This document shows, one piece after another, positions 1 to 12,825 of a DNA stretch of 64,000 nt. Below the pieces are notes generated by a model. That model did not search any database. It was not told where the DNA came from and worked only from the letters and a program-made list of their open reading frames with translations. Position 1 is the stretch's first letter. Every line of letters begins with the position of its first letter. The translations under genes and the position numbers were made by a program. Location: contig NC_069002.1 of NCBI RefSeq assembly GCF_001194135.2, forward strand, positions 15,320,162 to 15,384,161. Direction: 5' to 3'. This DNA is from Octopus bimaculoides. Its lineage: Eukaryota.

Positions 1-313
1 TGAGTTGTGACATCACTGGTGCCAAGCTGCATTGGCCTTTGCTTTTCCCTTGGATAACATTGGTGGCTTGGAGAGGGGAAACTGGTATGCATCGGCGACT
101 GCTGGTCTTCCATAAACAACCTTACCTGGACTTATGCTTCGGAGGGGAACTTTCTAGGTACAATCTCATAGTCATTCATGACCAACAAGGTCTTTACCTA
201 TCATGCTCTATCATCTTAAAGAATGGAAAGACAGTGGATAATTGTCTAGATGCACAATGTACAGTAAAGTAAATGGTAAGGTCTAGAATACATTTCATTA
301 TAATTCTTCTCAA

Positions 314-324
314 TCATGGCTGAC
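314..324 (-). CDS. VWDE-like gene, tentative terminal coding exon (GQP-stop)
   Basis: ttgtttttgatccctag acceptor after a 105-nt intron; phase 1 gives G-Q-P-TGA. Confidence 0.4.
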
Positions 325-429
325 CTAGGGATCAAAAACAACAATAATAACAGCAACATCAGTAATGCTATTTTTTTTTGTAAAAAATTTGGTGAAAATT
401 TGTGCAATTGTGGTGAAATTCTAATATAC

Positions 430-544
430 CTTGAGCTTTTGACCAATTTGTTGCATTCTGAGATGGGTTACATTCAAATTCAGAGAATGGAAAACTTTTT
501 TCCTTTGCCATATAGCATTCACCTTTGATAATACAAGTGTCATT
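430..544 (-). CDS. VWDE-like gene exon: C-terminal Cys module (C.I.G.CY...C.P...W)
   Basis: ctttttgcag / gtatat, phase 0-1. NDTCIIKGECYMAKEKSFPFSEFECNPSQNATNWSKAQ. Confidence 0.78.
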
Positions 545-983
545 CTGCAAAAAGAAAAACAAAAAAAACTTGAACTTTGATTTTCTATATCAATGTCACA
601 GAAATTATTAAATTTTGATATACACTATTCATTTGTCTTGAGTATGACTTTAAATTACATCTGGTAGTAGGGTCCTGGTTTGTGAATTTAGGGTTTTCAT
701 GAGTGTGGAACTATCCCTTAGCTTCTATTGTTTCCAGGTCTATTCTGATCCAGTGTAGTAGCACCTGTCTGAATCTCAGTTACAGGATAATTAGCATGTG
801 TTATGGAAAAAAACTCCAAGCACAAACCCTCACAGCTTTTTGAGTGTCTTGAGAAGGCCAGGGGAGTAAACCTTGACAGGATATAGAGAAGCAGAGACCT
901 TCTGTTTGTTCAAGTGTCTTCTGCTATAATCTCAGGCTGACCAAAGCCTTGTGAGTGGATTTGATAGACAAAAGCTGAAAGAA

Positions 984-1039
<56 letters not shown>

Positions 1040-1839
1040 AGTGTGTGTGTGTGTGTNNNNNNNNNNNNNNNNNNNNNNNNNNNNNNNNNNNNNNNNNNNN
1101 NNNNNNNNNNNNNNNNNNNNNNNNNNNNNNNNNNNNNNNNNNNNNNNNNNNNNNNNNNNNNNNNNNNNNNNNNNNNNNNNNNNNNNNNNNNNNNNNNNNN
1201 NNNNNNNNNNNNNNNNNNNNNNNNNNNNNNNNNNNNNNNNNNNNNNNNNNNNNNNNNNNNNNNNNNNNNNNNNNNNNNNNNNNNNNNNNNNNNNNNNNNN
1301 NNNNNNNNNNNNNNNNNNNNNNNNNNNNNNNNNNNNNNNNNNNNNNNNNNNNNNNNNNNNNNNNNNNNNATAAGAAATATATCAATATCAATTACACAGT
1401 AGACAACTGTTCATGAGTGAAGGATATTAATTTTTGTTTGTACACAATATTTATTGATTATTGAATATTATGACTGATTGTTAACAAAGACAGTAGAGGA
1501 TATTGTTATATACAGTTGCTGGGAAGATTCCATCTAAGACTACAACATTAGTCAGATAAAGAAATGCCACTACATTACACATGCAACTCCTTCCCCCCCC
1601 CCAAAAAAAAGGACCTGAAGTTCTTTTAATCCAATCTTTTAGATATTTTTTTATTCTTCTACTTGTTTCAGACATTTAACTCTGTGTTCAATGATCAGAG
1701 ACCTAAGTTCTGAACAACAACAACAACAACAACATGCACAACAACAATCAAACATAATTACCTTCTGCATGCATGTTTCAAGCTCTACATCACAGTCGAG
1801 ACATATAGGGTTGAAACTCATAAATGTTTTGAAGTTACT

Positions 1840-2625
1840 TGTTTTATTTCGATTGAAGCCAACTGCCACTCTGAAATAGCCTTTAGATGGTAGGGGACAT
1901 TTCACTTCATTATAACTTGCAAATATAGCCTTTTTTGTCATATTAGAAACTGTAGTAGCACCACCAGGCTTCAACTGTAATGGAAAACAAGAAGATTACA
2001 TGATAAAATATATTATCGCTTTTAATCAAAAATACAAAATATTGACCTTAATTTTAATACCTAATGTCACATCTAAGAAATTAGCTAAAGAAATATCGTT
2101 TTCATAAATGATATTCATCCCTATTCTATGAAAAAATCTAGCCAATCTACCTTTAATTCTCTGTAATTGTTGGTTAGAGCTATTCCTAATATATAGAAGG
2201 CAATCATGCCTATATAGACTCCACCCTAATCATAGGAAATTGATCATCCAATTCATAAAGAATAAAAGAACCTACCATATCAGCTATTTGTGCGGAGTCC
2301 GAACTCCCCGTGGGGACATCGAAAGCATCTGGTGTATCCTTACGTATCCATACTTTATCATTAAAACTAATAAAAGACTTCCTAGCAGCTAATATCACTT
2401 TAATTTTTTCTCTAGTAAGCCCTGCCTTATTATGAAAAAAACCATAGTGCCTTATTCAATATGATCGGGTTAATGGATGTATAAAAATTAGTTATATCAA
2501 ATTGAATGAATTTAGTATTTTTCTTGTTCTCAATAGAATTAAACCACCCGATGACTTGGTCTGTATTCGACCACATATTTAACTTCAACTTATCAACTAT
2601 AGTAGTTATGTACTTATTCATAATA
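1840..2625 (-). mobile_element. Penelope-like element RT fragment
   Basis: FIQFDITNFYTSI, FDVPTGSSDSAQIADMVGSFIL, LYRHDCL (degenerate YRDD) and ANFLDVTL. Confidence 0.82.
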
Positions 2626-3519
2626 TTTTTACTCAGTATTCCTACATATCTTTTTTACAGAAATTTTGATAGTAAATAAATGAGTTTTATTTTGATGAGA
2701 AACAAAACCAAACCAAGACAGATTGATTCAATTATCTCTGAACCTGGAATATTATTTGTAGCTATATTACTGCCTGTTCAGAAAACAAGTTAACAAGAAA
2801 ATTGCAACCTAATCACTCTTAAACCAGTACCCTGATATCTTTGAAGGAAAGTAAAATAATGCATTGGAGCTGTAGCCATAGATACACTTTGTTGCAAACA
2901 AAAAGATATTGAAGTCTCAAGTGCAAAGCTTTCGATTAAAGAGAAGATTTACAGACACATTCTACCCTTCTCTGTGAGTGTTGCTCAATGTTTTGCCAGC
3001 CGCTACAATTTTGCCGAACAACAACAGTCTATGTCAGACGTTATTGTTTCGAAATGTCAGTACCCTAACGTAGATCACTTGGCAAGCATTGACATCATTG
3101 GAAGAGACATACAACATGAAATTGAGGACATAGTAAAACTAATGAGGTAAGAAAAATTTCAGGTGTGAAATTCTTGCCAGCTGTGGCCACTTCTAGAAGA
3201 AATATTTGGTTTTTATGCCTTTAACCCCAGGAAGGGGAAAGAGAAAGATGAAACCAGTAATATTTTAATTCAGTGCATAGGGTGTAGAACTTAGTACCAA
3301 AACACCAATTATTTCTAATTATTCTTCTTTAAAGATCCTTGATTTAAATATGTTGACACTAACTCACCTATTGTTTTTCAGTTCAGAATCATTTGATTTC
3401 TAAACCATACAATCTCAAGTGAGGCCCTCAAAGGGTTATTTCCCTCCCATCTGGTACAGTGTTGTTGCTGTAGCACAGGCAAACATCCTACATTGCATCT
3501 AGAGAAAGGCAACTTGACT

Positions 3520-3800
3520 ATTGGCATAAAGTCGCTTCTATACATGCCCCAACCTCTGGCTCACAAGTGTGCTGTCTCCTCTCCTAGACATTTCAGCTGC
3601 TGCTATAACGGTCTCTGTTCCTCAGAGCTCACTGCTATCATGCTACCTTCCCACTCATGCATCTTTTGATCTTTTGTTCACCATGTTAAGTTCAAATCCC
3701 ACCAAAATCCATATGAACCACTGTAAGTGTTTTTTCTTACCAGAATCTCCACACTGTTCATATCTTTCCTGCAAGTATTGAGTGCATATCATTAGCAACA
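3520..3800 (+). mobile_element. CR1/L2-group LINE 3' fragment
   Basis: QPLAHKCAVSS..FSCCYNGLCSSEL...FF.RISTL, resembling the L2/CR1 C-terminal motif LAHRR.VSSL.LFYRYYNG.CSSEL. Confidence 0.65.
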
Positions 3801-4651
3801 TCAATTTTACCAATATCAGAAGACCTACGAAGGTCATAGTCAGAACCCTTTCTTACAGACACAGCAGGTAAAAACAAATTCTATTTTCCTCCATCAATAA
3901 ATGTACAGTCTTGTGCATTTACTCAGTGACTTATCCATAAAAATGACAGCACAAACAGTAAATGCTAAGCATCACTAATGAGGCTATAATAAGATCAAAA
4001 CATGTTTGAAATGGCTCTCATATTTTTTAAATTTCTTTATTACCCACCAGGGGCTAAACATAGAGGGGACAAACAAAAATAGACATCGACCCCAGTTCAA
4101 AACTGGTACTTATTTTATTGACCCCGAAAGGATGAAAGGCAAAGTCAACCTCGGCGGAAAAGTAGTTCTCATATTTGTATGAAAAATAAAAATAATGCTG
4201 GATACTGACAAATATTGCTTTTCTTTTAACAATTATTTACTTTTAGTTTGAGTTAAGTGCATCTCATTAAGTATTAATAATAAATGTAAAGATAACCCAA
4301 TTACTTTCTATAAAATCAATGCCATCAGGTATTGAATTCTGAAATTGGTGCAAACAGCACAGTTTGGAGCAAAAAAGACAGTTGCTTAAATTACTTGCAG
4401 TTTTTAAGTGTTAACCTATTTTATCAAACCCCTTAAATATGAAACACAAAATTGACTTTAGAGATATTTGGTTTCAGAATCTTACAGGTATATAATTAAA
4501 TATAGGAAGGTATTTTGATCAAATGTTAGATTGATTTCATAAATTCATCTGTCCTCAATGAACCAACTGATTGACAAACTAGTAAAATGACTTCATATAT
4601 AAATTATAATGTAGGAAATAGTTACTTATCAAAACTGAGTTAAAAGCTCAC

Positions 4652-4842
4652 CTGTAGTTGTGATATGTGGCATTCAGTTTGGTTTTCCAAAAATGGGCCA
4701 CCATATACTGACACCCATGTGCAAGAATTTCCTTCAAGATCATGACAAATGCCATTATTTTGAAGATATGTAATTTGTGGTGCCATTTCCAAGTTCACAG
4801 AACAGTCATCTCCAGCATATGGTGCATTGCATTGACAGTTTC
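4652..4842 (-). CDS. VWDE-like gene exon: EGF-like domain end and following Cys module
   Basis: tatcaacag / gtgagc, phase 1-0. NCQCNAPYAGDDCSVNLEMAPQITYLQNNGICHDLEGNSCTWVSVYGGPFLENQTECHISQLQ. Confidence 0.9.
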
Positions 4843-5000
4843 CTGTTGATAAGAGAAAAGAATTTCACATGTGAACTTATGGGATTGATTTTTATAACAT
4901 GAATGAAAGAAAGCTTGGTTGATAGCTAACTAAAAAGACAAACAAATGGATGGATAGATGGATGGATGGATCTATCTATCTATCTATCTATCTATCTATA

Positions 5001-5040
<40 letters not shown>

Positions 5041-5110
5041 CAAAAGAGATAACAAAGCCAAGGGTGTGAGGAGTTTTCAGGACATTTATAAGGAAAGAGA
5101 TATAGATATA

Positions 5111-5157
5111 GTCTTACAGCCATTTCTGGGATATTATGGATATCCTTTATCAGAGAG
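5111..5157 (-). ncRNA. Decayed hammerhead-like motif (Penelope/retrozyme type)
   Basis: CTCT CTGATAA AGGATAT CCATA ATATCCCA GAAA TGGCTG TA AGAC: 6-bp stem II, G8 mutated. Confidence 0.4.
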
Positions 5158-5687
5158 GATGTAAGATGGTTAAATAGAGGTTAATGTTTGAGTTCGAAAT
5201 AAGGAATTATTGTGGAAAAGGAAGATATAGGGAATATAGAGGGAAATAGAAGAATGAAAGTAGAAATGAAATATAAAACATTGTAGTTGCAGTTCCATTA
5301 TTTGAGTAAAGTGGTGTATAGAAGTGGTAAAAAAAGTTTTCTGTAAATGGTATGTAAGTTCCAATAGTAGTTCATGTTTAGTCACTTCTAAGTGTGGAGC
5401 CGTGGATTCTGTGTTGCTCATTCAATTACCAATATAGAATAGTGGACTTGTAAAAACATTGGACACTTTATGGTATTTTCTCCTGTTCTGAGTTCAATCC
5501 CTATTTGGGTGATTTATTTAACACTACCATTTGGCCCTTGGGGGCCTTTAATGTTAAAGCTGAGTCTCTAGCTGATGGTGCCCTCCTCCCTCCCATCCTA
5601 TAGAGGGTCTGTCCTTAGATTATCTTAATTTGATGCAATCAGTCTAGAAAAATATGTAGGTAGTCCCCTTTTGAGGCCATTACAAAC

Positions 5688-5856
5688 CTTTTTCACAATT
5701 TCCATTATCAGAACAATCATTGGGGCATATACTGGCCATGGCTTCAATTAATCTTCGATCTTCTTGTTGTCCAAGCACCATGCGATGCAATCTTCTGTTG
5801 CAACGAAGCAGCATAGACTCCAACATTATTGGAGCCCATTTCGCATCTTTTGTAAT
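5688..5856 (-). CDS. VWDE-like gene exon: EGF-like domain start
   Basis: ttttttcag / gtttgt, phase 0-1. ITKDAKWAPIMLESMLLRC...ICPNDCSDNGNCEK(G). Confidence 0.88.
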
Positions 5857-5972
5857 CTGAAAAAAGAAGCGAAGCAATTTTAAAAAGAGAGAAAAGAAAA
5901 CTTTATAAAATAACATTCAAAGAAATATTCAGCAATATATATTGAATATGATAATCCCCAGAAGTTAACAGA

Positions 5973-6408
5973 GGCGTAGGAGTGGCTGTGTGGTAAGTAA
6001 CTTGCTTACCAACCACATGGTTCTGGGTTCAGTCCCACTGCGTGGCACCTTGGGCAAGTGTCTTCTACAATAGTCTCAGGCCGACCAAAGCCTTGTGAGT
6101 GGATTTGGTAGATGGAAATTGAAAGAAGCCCGTCGTATATATGTATCTATATATATATATGTGTGTGTATATATATATATGTATTTGTGCATGTATGTGT
6201 TTGTGTGTCTGTGTTTGTCCCTGCCAACATCGCTTGACAACCAATGCTGGTGTGCTTACGTCCCTGTAACTTAGTGGTTCAGCAAAAGAGACTGATAGAA
6301 TAAGTACTAGGCTTACAAAGAATAAGTCCTGGGGTCGATTTGCTCAACTAAAGGTGGTGCTCCAGCATGGCCACAGTCAAATGACTGAAACAAGTAAAAG
6401 AGTAAAGA
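5973..6408 (+). mobile_element. SINE family C with an internal (TA)n(TG)n microsatellite (other copies 13495-13925 -, 19686-20090 +, 20335-20580 -, 43325-43730 -, 43758-44000 -, 45052-45453 -, 45861-46075 +, 46130-46391 -, 55303-55711 -, partial 928-990 and 57473-57600)
   Basis: ggagtggctgtgtggtaag head, ccttgggcaagtgtcttcta core, ggtgctccagcatggcc..cagtcaaatgactgaaacaagtaaaagag tail. Confidence 0.9.
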
Positions 6409-6479
6409 GCTTCTTTTGGCCAAACAACTTAATCTGAAGCATAGTGTACAGAATAAAAACAGGACTGCAAAATTTAAGG

Positions 6480-6945
6480 AAGCTGTCGCCTCTGCTGACA
6501 GCACAAGGATTCTCTATTCAAACAAAGTGTAAATTTTTATGTGTGTGTATGAGCATTGAACACAAGGTTTGCAAGGCTGGAAAGAAAGGAAGCAAGCATG
6601 CTTCATTGAATGTGTAATGTTGGTTGTGTGAGTGAATAGAAATGAACAAAGGAAATTAGTGAAAAACAGGATATAGGAGTAATCAGATATAAGAAAGACA
6701 ACTGCATTGATAGACATGAAATGCATCTGGATGATGGCAATTGGGTAAAAAAATTGACAAGATCCAAGTGAAAAGAAACAGTGGAAGAATAATACTGAGA
6801 AGAGGTCATGGGCTGAAGTGATTAAAACTGATCTCAGGATGTTAAACCTCACAGAGAGGATACAGGAGTGCAACAAGTGGTTGGAGGCTGCGTTGGAGAA
6901 GGTCATACAAACATGAAAAAATAGGTAAACATGCTGAGGAGGATA
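6480..6945 (+). mobile_element. Decayed RTE LINE 3' end
   Basis: Degenerate RLERKEASML.MCNV, HLDDGNWVKK and RSWAEVIKTDLRMLNLTE segments. Confidence 0.7.
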
Positions 6946-8002
6946 ATTATTAGAATATTATATAAATAGGAATTTTGTCTGGTTGAGATGACTGAGGATT
7001 CAATTCCAAGTGGGTTGTTTTATATTATGTACTGTTTAATCCTTTAGAATTTAAGCCAGCCATATCCAGCCATATCCAGCCAAAGTATTCAGCTAGTTTT
7101 ATGTTCAAACTGGCCAGATCTGGTCTCTCACACCAACCCTACAATATCATTTTAAAAATTAATGGTTGCTTCATCAAAATCCCATAACTACAAGATGAAG
7201 CATAATTCATTCAACATGAATAAAAAAAAAGCATTAAGTTTGGCAGATTAATGTGAAAAGAATTAAAGTGGTAGCTTAGACTAGAGTAGTAAAATTTTTT
7301 TTAAAATTCATCTAGGAAACTAATAATGGTCTGCATGAACAAGAATTCTATCTTGAAATGTGAGAGGTCAGATAAGTTTATCTGTTGCTGGAGAAGCAGA
7401 TTCTGACAAATCAATACCAATGTTACATTGATGAGGGAAAAAGAGTCTGCTTGCAGCTGCAGTATCTCCACTACTGTGTCCACCATTACCATCGTCGTCA
7501 TCACCACCACCAACAACAACAACATCACCAAGATCATCATCATCATCAACTGTGTCTATTGAGCACTTTCTGACCTTAGATTGTCTTTCAACGATAGGAA
7601 TGAAAATTCCTTTAAGTTTGCAGCTCTTTTGTTTTTCTCAGTCCATTCAGAAAAGCTTATTTGACAACAATGATGGACGATCAAGGTGGGATCAGAAAGA
7701 ATAGAGGTAGAATAAATATCACAAGCCAACTTCGTGAAGAATTCCACCAATTTGATTAAATTAACGAAGTAAGAAAAGATGAAAGTCAAAGTTAACTTCA
7801 GTAGGATTTAAACTCCAAACCCAGTGAGAGAGAACAAACAACCACAAGGTATTTCATATAACTTTCAAACGAATTTATCAACAGTTATATCAGGTGAAAA
7901 GCCAGTCTCACAAAATTAGCTTTCTCTTCTCCCCATGGCAAGAAAACTTACCCAACCTCATCAACTTCTCTGAATAAAGTAACTTTAATTAGATATTGCA
8001 AG

Positions 8003-8337
8003 GAGCATGGCTCAGTGGATAGAGTATCAAGCTTACAATCACAAGGTAGAGAGTTTGATTCCTGGACCAGACTGTGTGTTGTGTTCTTGAGCAAAACATT
8101 TTATTTCACGTTGATCCAATTCATTCAGCTATAGAAACGAGATGTGATGTCACTGGTGCCAAGTTGTATCAGCCTTTGCCTTTCCCTTGGATAACATCAG
8201 TGACAGGGAGAGGGAAGGCTGGTATGCATGGACAGTTGTTGGTCTTCCATAAACAACCTTGTCTGACTTGTGCCTCAGAGGGGAACTTTCTAGGTGCAAC
8301 CCCATGGTCATACATAACCAAAGGGGGTCTTTACCCT
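8003..8337 (+). mobile_element. tRNA-derived CORE-like SINE family B (other copies about 1-200 +, 19285-19610 +, 21970-22305 -, 26315-26607 +, 30815-31125 +)
   Basis: tRNA-like head followed by cttgagcaa..actttatttcacgttgctccagttcactcagct (CORE-like) and a shared tail ending gggggtctttaccct. Confidence 0.85.
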
Positions 8338-8445
8338 TTTTTTATCCTAGTTAGATATTGAATTGGGAAGAATATTTCAGTTTATTTGAACCTGAAGTCC
8401 TTTTCTAGCCAAAATTATAAAAATTAGATGAATTAATTGGTATAC

Positions 8446-8601
8446 CTGAATGTTGGTGATACAGCTTTCTATTTCTCTGGAAATATTTATCCCAATAGTG
8501 GTGGTACAAGGAGCAAATGATGTTTTATCCTTCAAATATGTTTGGCAGAACTTTTTTGCATCAGTTTCACTAAATTCATCGTCAGACCAAGGTGGTAAGC
8601 T
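8446..8601 (-). CDS. VWDE-like gene exon (C8-like region)
   Basis: attttag / gtatac, phase 0-0. SLPPWSDDEFSETDAKKFCQTYLKDKTSFAPCTTTIGINISREIESCITNIQ. Confidence 0.85.
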
Positions 8602-8879
8602 CTAAAATTTATAAAATTGAAACACAATTATGACTTTGTTGCTACACATTACACATTGAAATAAATAAATGGATTAGTAAATCAAATAATAGATTTATTG
8701 CTAATCACTTATAAAAGTATCTGATGTGTAAATTTTTTATTCTGTGTAACACAGGAGTAGGAGATCAGATCACAAATAACTGAGTGAGTGGCAATAGGAG
8801 AAATTAGGAGAGATGACACTGTCTCCAGCACTCACTCATTCTCCCTCGCTCTATCAACTTTTTGTGACACTGATACGGA

Positions 8880-9125
8880 CATACATGCATACATACATAA
8901 ATGCATGCATACACACACACACACACACATATATATATACATGCACATACATACATGCATACGTGCATATATACATGCATGCATACATGCCTGCATGCAT
9001 ACAAACATACATACATACAAACATACATGCATGCATACATACATGCATGCATACATACATGCATGCATGCATATATGCATATATGCATACATACATACAT
9101 ACATACATACTTACATACATACAAA
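8880..9125. repeat. (CATA/CATG)n compound microsatellite; similar tracts at 14702-14808, 33726-33897, 35156-35270 and 63836-64000, (CT)n at 15665-15840, (TG)n at 989-1056
   Basis: Direct inspection; these tracts generate the HT/CV/YI pseudo-ORFs in the ORF track. Confidence 0.95.
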
Positions 9126-10449
9126 CATTCATATACAAGCAAATTAACACCAAATATACAGTGCGTGTGTTTTTATTGGCTAAACTGGCAATATNNNNNN
9201 NNNNNNNNNNNNNNNNNNNNNNNNNNNNNNNNNNNNNNACATACATAAATGCATGCATACACACACACACACACACATATATATATACATGCACATACAT
9301 ACATGCATACGTGCATATATACATGCATGCATACATGCCTGCATGCATACAAACATACATACATACAAACATACATGCATGCATACATACATGCATGCAT
9401 ACATACATGCATGCATGCATATATGCATATATGCATACATACATACATACATACATACTTACATACATACAAACATTCATATACAAGCAAATTAACACCA
9501 AATATACAGTGCGTGTGTTTTTATTGGCTAAACTGGCAATATGACCATCCCCAAATACAACAACATTCATATATTTCTTATTTCTTTATTGCCCACAAGG
9601 GGCTAAACATAGAGGGGACAAACAAAGGGATTAAGTCGATTACATCGACCCCAGTGTGTAACTGGTACTTAATTTATCGACCCTGAAAGGATGAAAGGCA
9701 AAGTTGACCTCGGCGGAATTTGAACTCAGAACGTAGCAATGGGAAAAATACCGCTAAGCATTTCCCCCAGCGTGCTGACATTTCTCCCAGCTCGCTGCCT
9801 TTCATATATTTCTACCCCAAACACACCTAAATAAATTAACAAATGCTATCTGGTCAAGTTTGCAAATGACAGCTGGAATACTCAGCCATTTACACTTTAA
9901 TTAAGCAGCAGAGAATTCAGTTGCTCAAACACCTGAATCTTCATCACTGATTAACAGAGATCCACTCCTGTGTGGAGAAATAAAACAGGAGATATTTATT
10001 TACATGATTTCCAAAGCACGTTGAGTTTAAAATATCTTCCTCTTTTCAGATATGGTCTCATTGTGAGTCCCCTTTCATAAGTGTCATTAACTAGGGTCCT
10101 CGGTCAAGCCAAGTCTTCTGAGCAAAATATGGGAGATGGAAATGGTATGGAATCCTGAGCTGCTGGGGTGTGGGGATATTTCTTATTGAATGGTAAACTT
10201 CTTTATCACCTGGTTTAACACCCTTAACTGACCCTTAAGTCATTTTGGCAGGAGTCCACTATCTATGCTGCAAACAATCAGATCAAGTTCCTGGTGTGAA
10301 AAGAACTACATCCCTTCTGTACCTGCTATAACAGAGACCCTGAAAGAAAAGACCAAGCACCTCATCCGTTCTATATTAATTAAGCTATTTGCTCATACAA
10401 CAACCAAAATAAGCAAAACAATCAAAGAAAGCTCTCTTTTTATACTTAC

Positions 10450-10559
10450 AGATGATACAAAGTCTGGATTATAATCAAATTCATCAACGGATTCCACACC
10501 TGAATAACAGTTGTAGGGAACAAGTTTTGGGGATTCCATTTTACTGGTGATATCTCTTC
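10450..10559 (-). CDS. VWDE-like gene exon
   Basis: cattacag / gtaagt, phase 1-0. GRDITSKMESPKLVPYNCYSGVESVDEFDYNPDFVSS. Confidence 0.8.
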
Positions 10560-10679
10560 CTGTAATGAAGTAAAAGATAAAGTGTTTTGATTATTTCTAA
10601 TGCATGTCTTTTGATGTTTATTCTATTGCTAAATACATACTTGTTTACACACACACAACATTTGCGGTTTCCATTTAGT

Positions 10680-12160
10680 CTCCAATATTTTAAATTCGGG
10701 TTTGTCCCTGTTAACAGGGGTAGCTGGATCTACCTTACTCTTACAGCAACTGCTCTCGCACACCATCTCACCATCTTGCCCGGTTTTGGGCATCCTCCCT
10801 CCACAAGCCAACCCTCCCAATTTCCTTTTCCACCTGTCCCCTCCATGTTTTCTTTGGCTGACCTTGCTTTCATGGTTCAATCCCTCTAAACTTAAGCACT
10901 CTCCTCAGAACATGATCCTCATCCCTCATCAACACAATTCCATACCACCACACTCCACTCGCCCTTGCCAGCTGTTCCACCAATTCCTCCAGCCCCAGCA
11001 TCTTCATAAAATCCTCAGCCCTCCTTTTATCCAAAAGCTTTACACCACACATTTCTCTCACCATTGCTCTCTCAGACTTTTTCAAAATTGTCATTTCACT
11101 TTCCCTCAAATGCCATCTCCCACTCCCATACAGCATTGCTGCTCTCATACAACTCCTATAGACCCTTCCTTTCATCTTCAAGGAGAACCTTTTCCCATAT
11201 AACAACACTCCACATTCCCTGAACTTCACCCGGCCAAGTCTTGCTCTTGCTGTCACAGCTGCTTCACATCCACCACTTACATCCACCCTGTCTCCCAAAT
11301 AATAAAACCCTCTCACTGTTTCCACCTCATCACATAAGCTTTCCACTGGTTCCATCAGCCCTCCAGCTCCTTTCTCACTTCTTCCACAAATAAAATCTCA
11401 TGCCAGTCTTGGGGTCACCTTCTTCATTTTCTTACATCTACCATGAATCCATTATCCACATTTCATACACAACACTACATTTGCCATTACCCTCCTCCCA
11501 CACACACCACATGGATCTTCCTTACTCATTAACATTTCTCCTTCCACCCCACTTACCATCACCTTTGTCTTCCCAAGGTCTACCTTCAAACCCTTGCTTT
11601 CAAACGCCTTCTTCCATTTCCAAAACTTCTCCCTCAATCCCTCCATTGTCTCATTTATCAGAACAAGGTCACCTGCACACAGTATCTCCATCATCAATCC
11701 TTCTTTTGCACTCTCCATCACTGTTGCAAACAATGATAGTGGCAACACAGATCCCTGATGCACACCAACTTACACCACAAACTCCTCCGACAGCTCTGAT
11801 CCAACTCTAACTCTTGTCTTTACCCCTTCGTACAAACTCATCACTGCCCTCACTATTATGTCTAGCACACCTCTCTTCCTCAATACCCAATCACCTTCCT
11901 TGGCACCCTATCAAATGAGATCAACAAAGCACATGTACAACTCCTTCTCCTTATCTTGGTATTCCTCTCGCAATCTCTTCACAATGAACACTGCATCTAT
12001 TGTCCCCTTTCCTGGCATAAAACCAAATTGCATCTTGTCCACATCTACCGTTTTCTGAATTCTTCTCTCCAACACCCTTTCCACAATCTTCATTGCATGC
12101 TCCAATAACTTCACTCCCCTATACACCCTCGCATGGAACTGTATTAAACTGTTTAAATAA
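10680..12160 (-). mobile_element. 5'-truncated RTE-clade LINE, decayed RT and 3' end
   Basis: YRGVKLLEHAMKIVERVLE, QFGFMPGKGTIDAVF, YMCFVDL, HQGSVL, GLKVDLGKTKVM, a Cys-rich insert CGVCGRRVMANVVLCMKC, FYYLGD and AMLYGS, split across several frames. Confidence 0.92.
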
Positions 12161-12773
12161 TATGTGTAACTCCTTCTAAATGTCTTAAGTGCCCTTTTCT
12201 TTCGTTTGTTCATTCACTCATATATATATATATATATANNNNNNNNNNNNNNNNNNNNNNNNNNNNNNNNNNNNNNNNNNNNNNNNNNNNNNNNNNNNNN
12301 NNNNNNNNNNNNNNNNNNNNNNNNNNNNNNNNNNNNNNNNNNNNNNNNNNNNNNNNNNNNNNNNNNNNNNNNNNNNNNNNNNNNNNNNNNNNNNNNNNNN
12401 NNNNNNNNNNNNNNNNNNNNNNNNNNNNNNNNNNNNNNNNNNNNNNNNNNNNNNNNNNNNNNNNNNNNNNNNNNNNNNNNNNNNNNNNNNNNNNNNNNNN
12501 NNNNNNNNNNNNNNNNNNNNNNAGTGGGTGTTTTTACGTGCCACCGGCACGAGGTCCAGTCACACGGTACTGGCAACAGCCATGCTCAAAATGGTGTTTT
12601 TTACATGCTACCTGCATGGGAGCCAGTCTAGCGGCACTGGCAACGACCTCACTCGAATGATTTTCTAACGTACCACCAGCACAAGTGCTAGAAGGCAATG
12701 CCGGTAACGATTACGCTCAAATGATGCTATTTACGGGCCATACATATATGCATATAGATGCATATACACACAC

Positions 12774-12825
<52 letters not shown>

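Noticed and set aside
8891-9542. Two identical ~304-bp copies flanking the 9195-9238 N-gap
   Set aside because: An exact duplication on both sides of a short gap is the signature of unmerged overlapping contig ends, not a biological tandem repeat.
8788-9686. Many overlapping ORFs rich in H/T/Y/M/C/V (also at 989, 12189, 14402, 21056, 33569, 46254, 63705)
   Set aside because: They are translations of (CA)n, (TA)n and (CATA)n microsatellites and of N runs.
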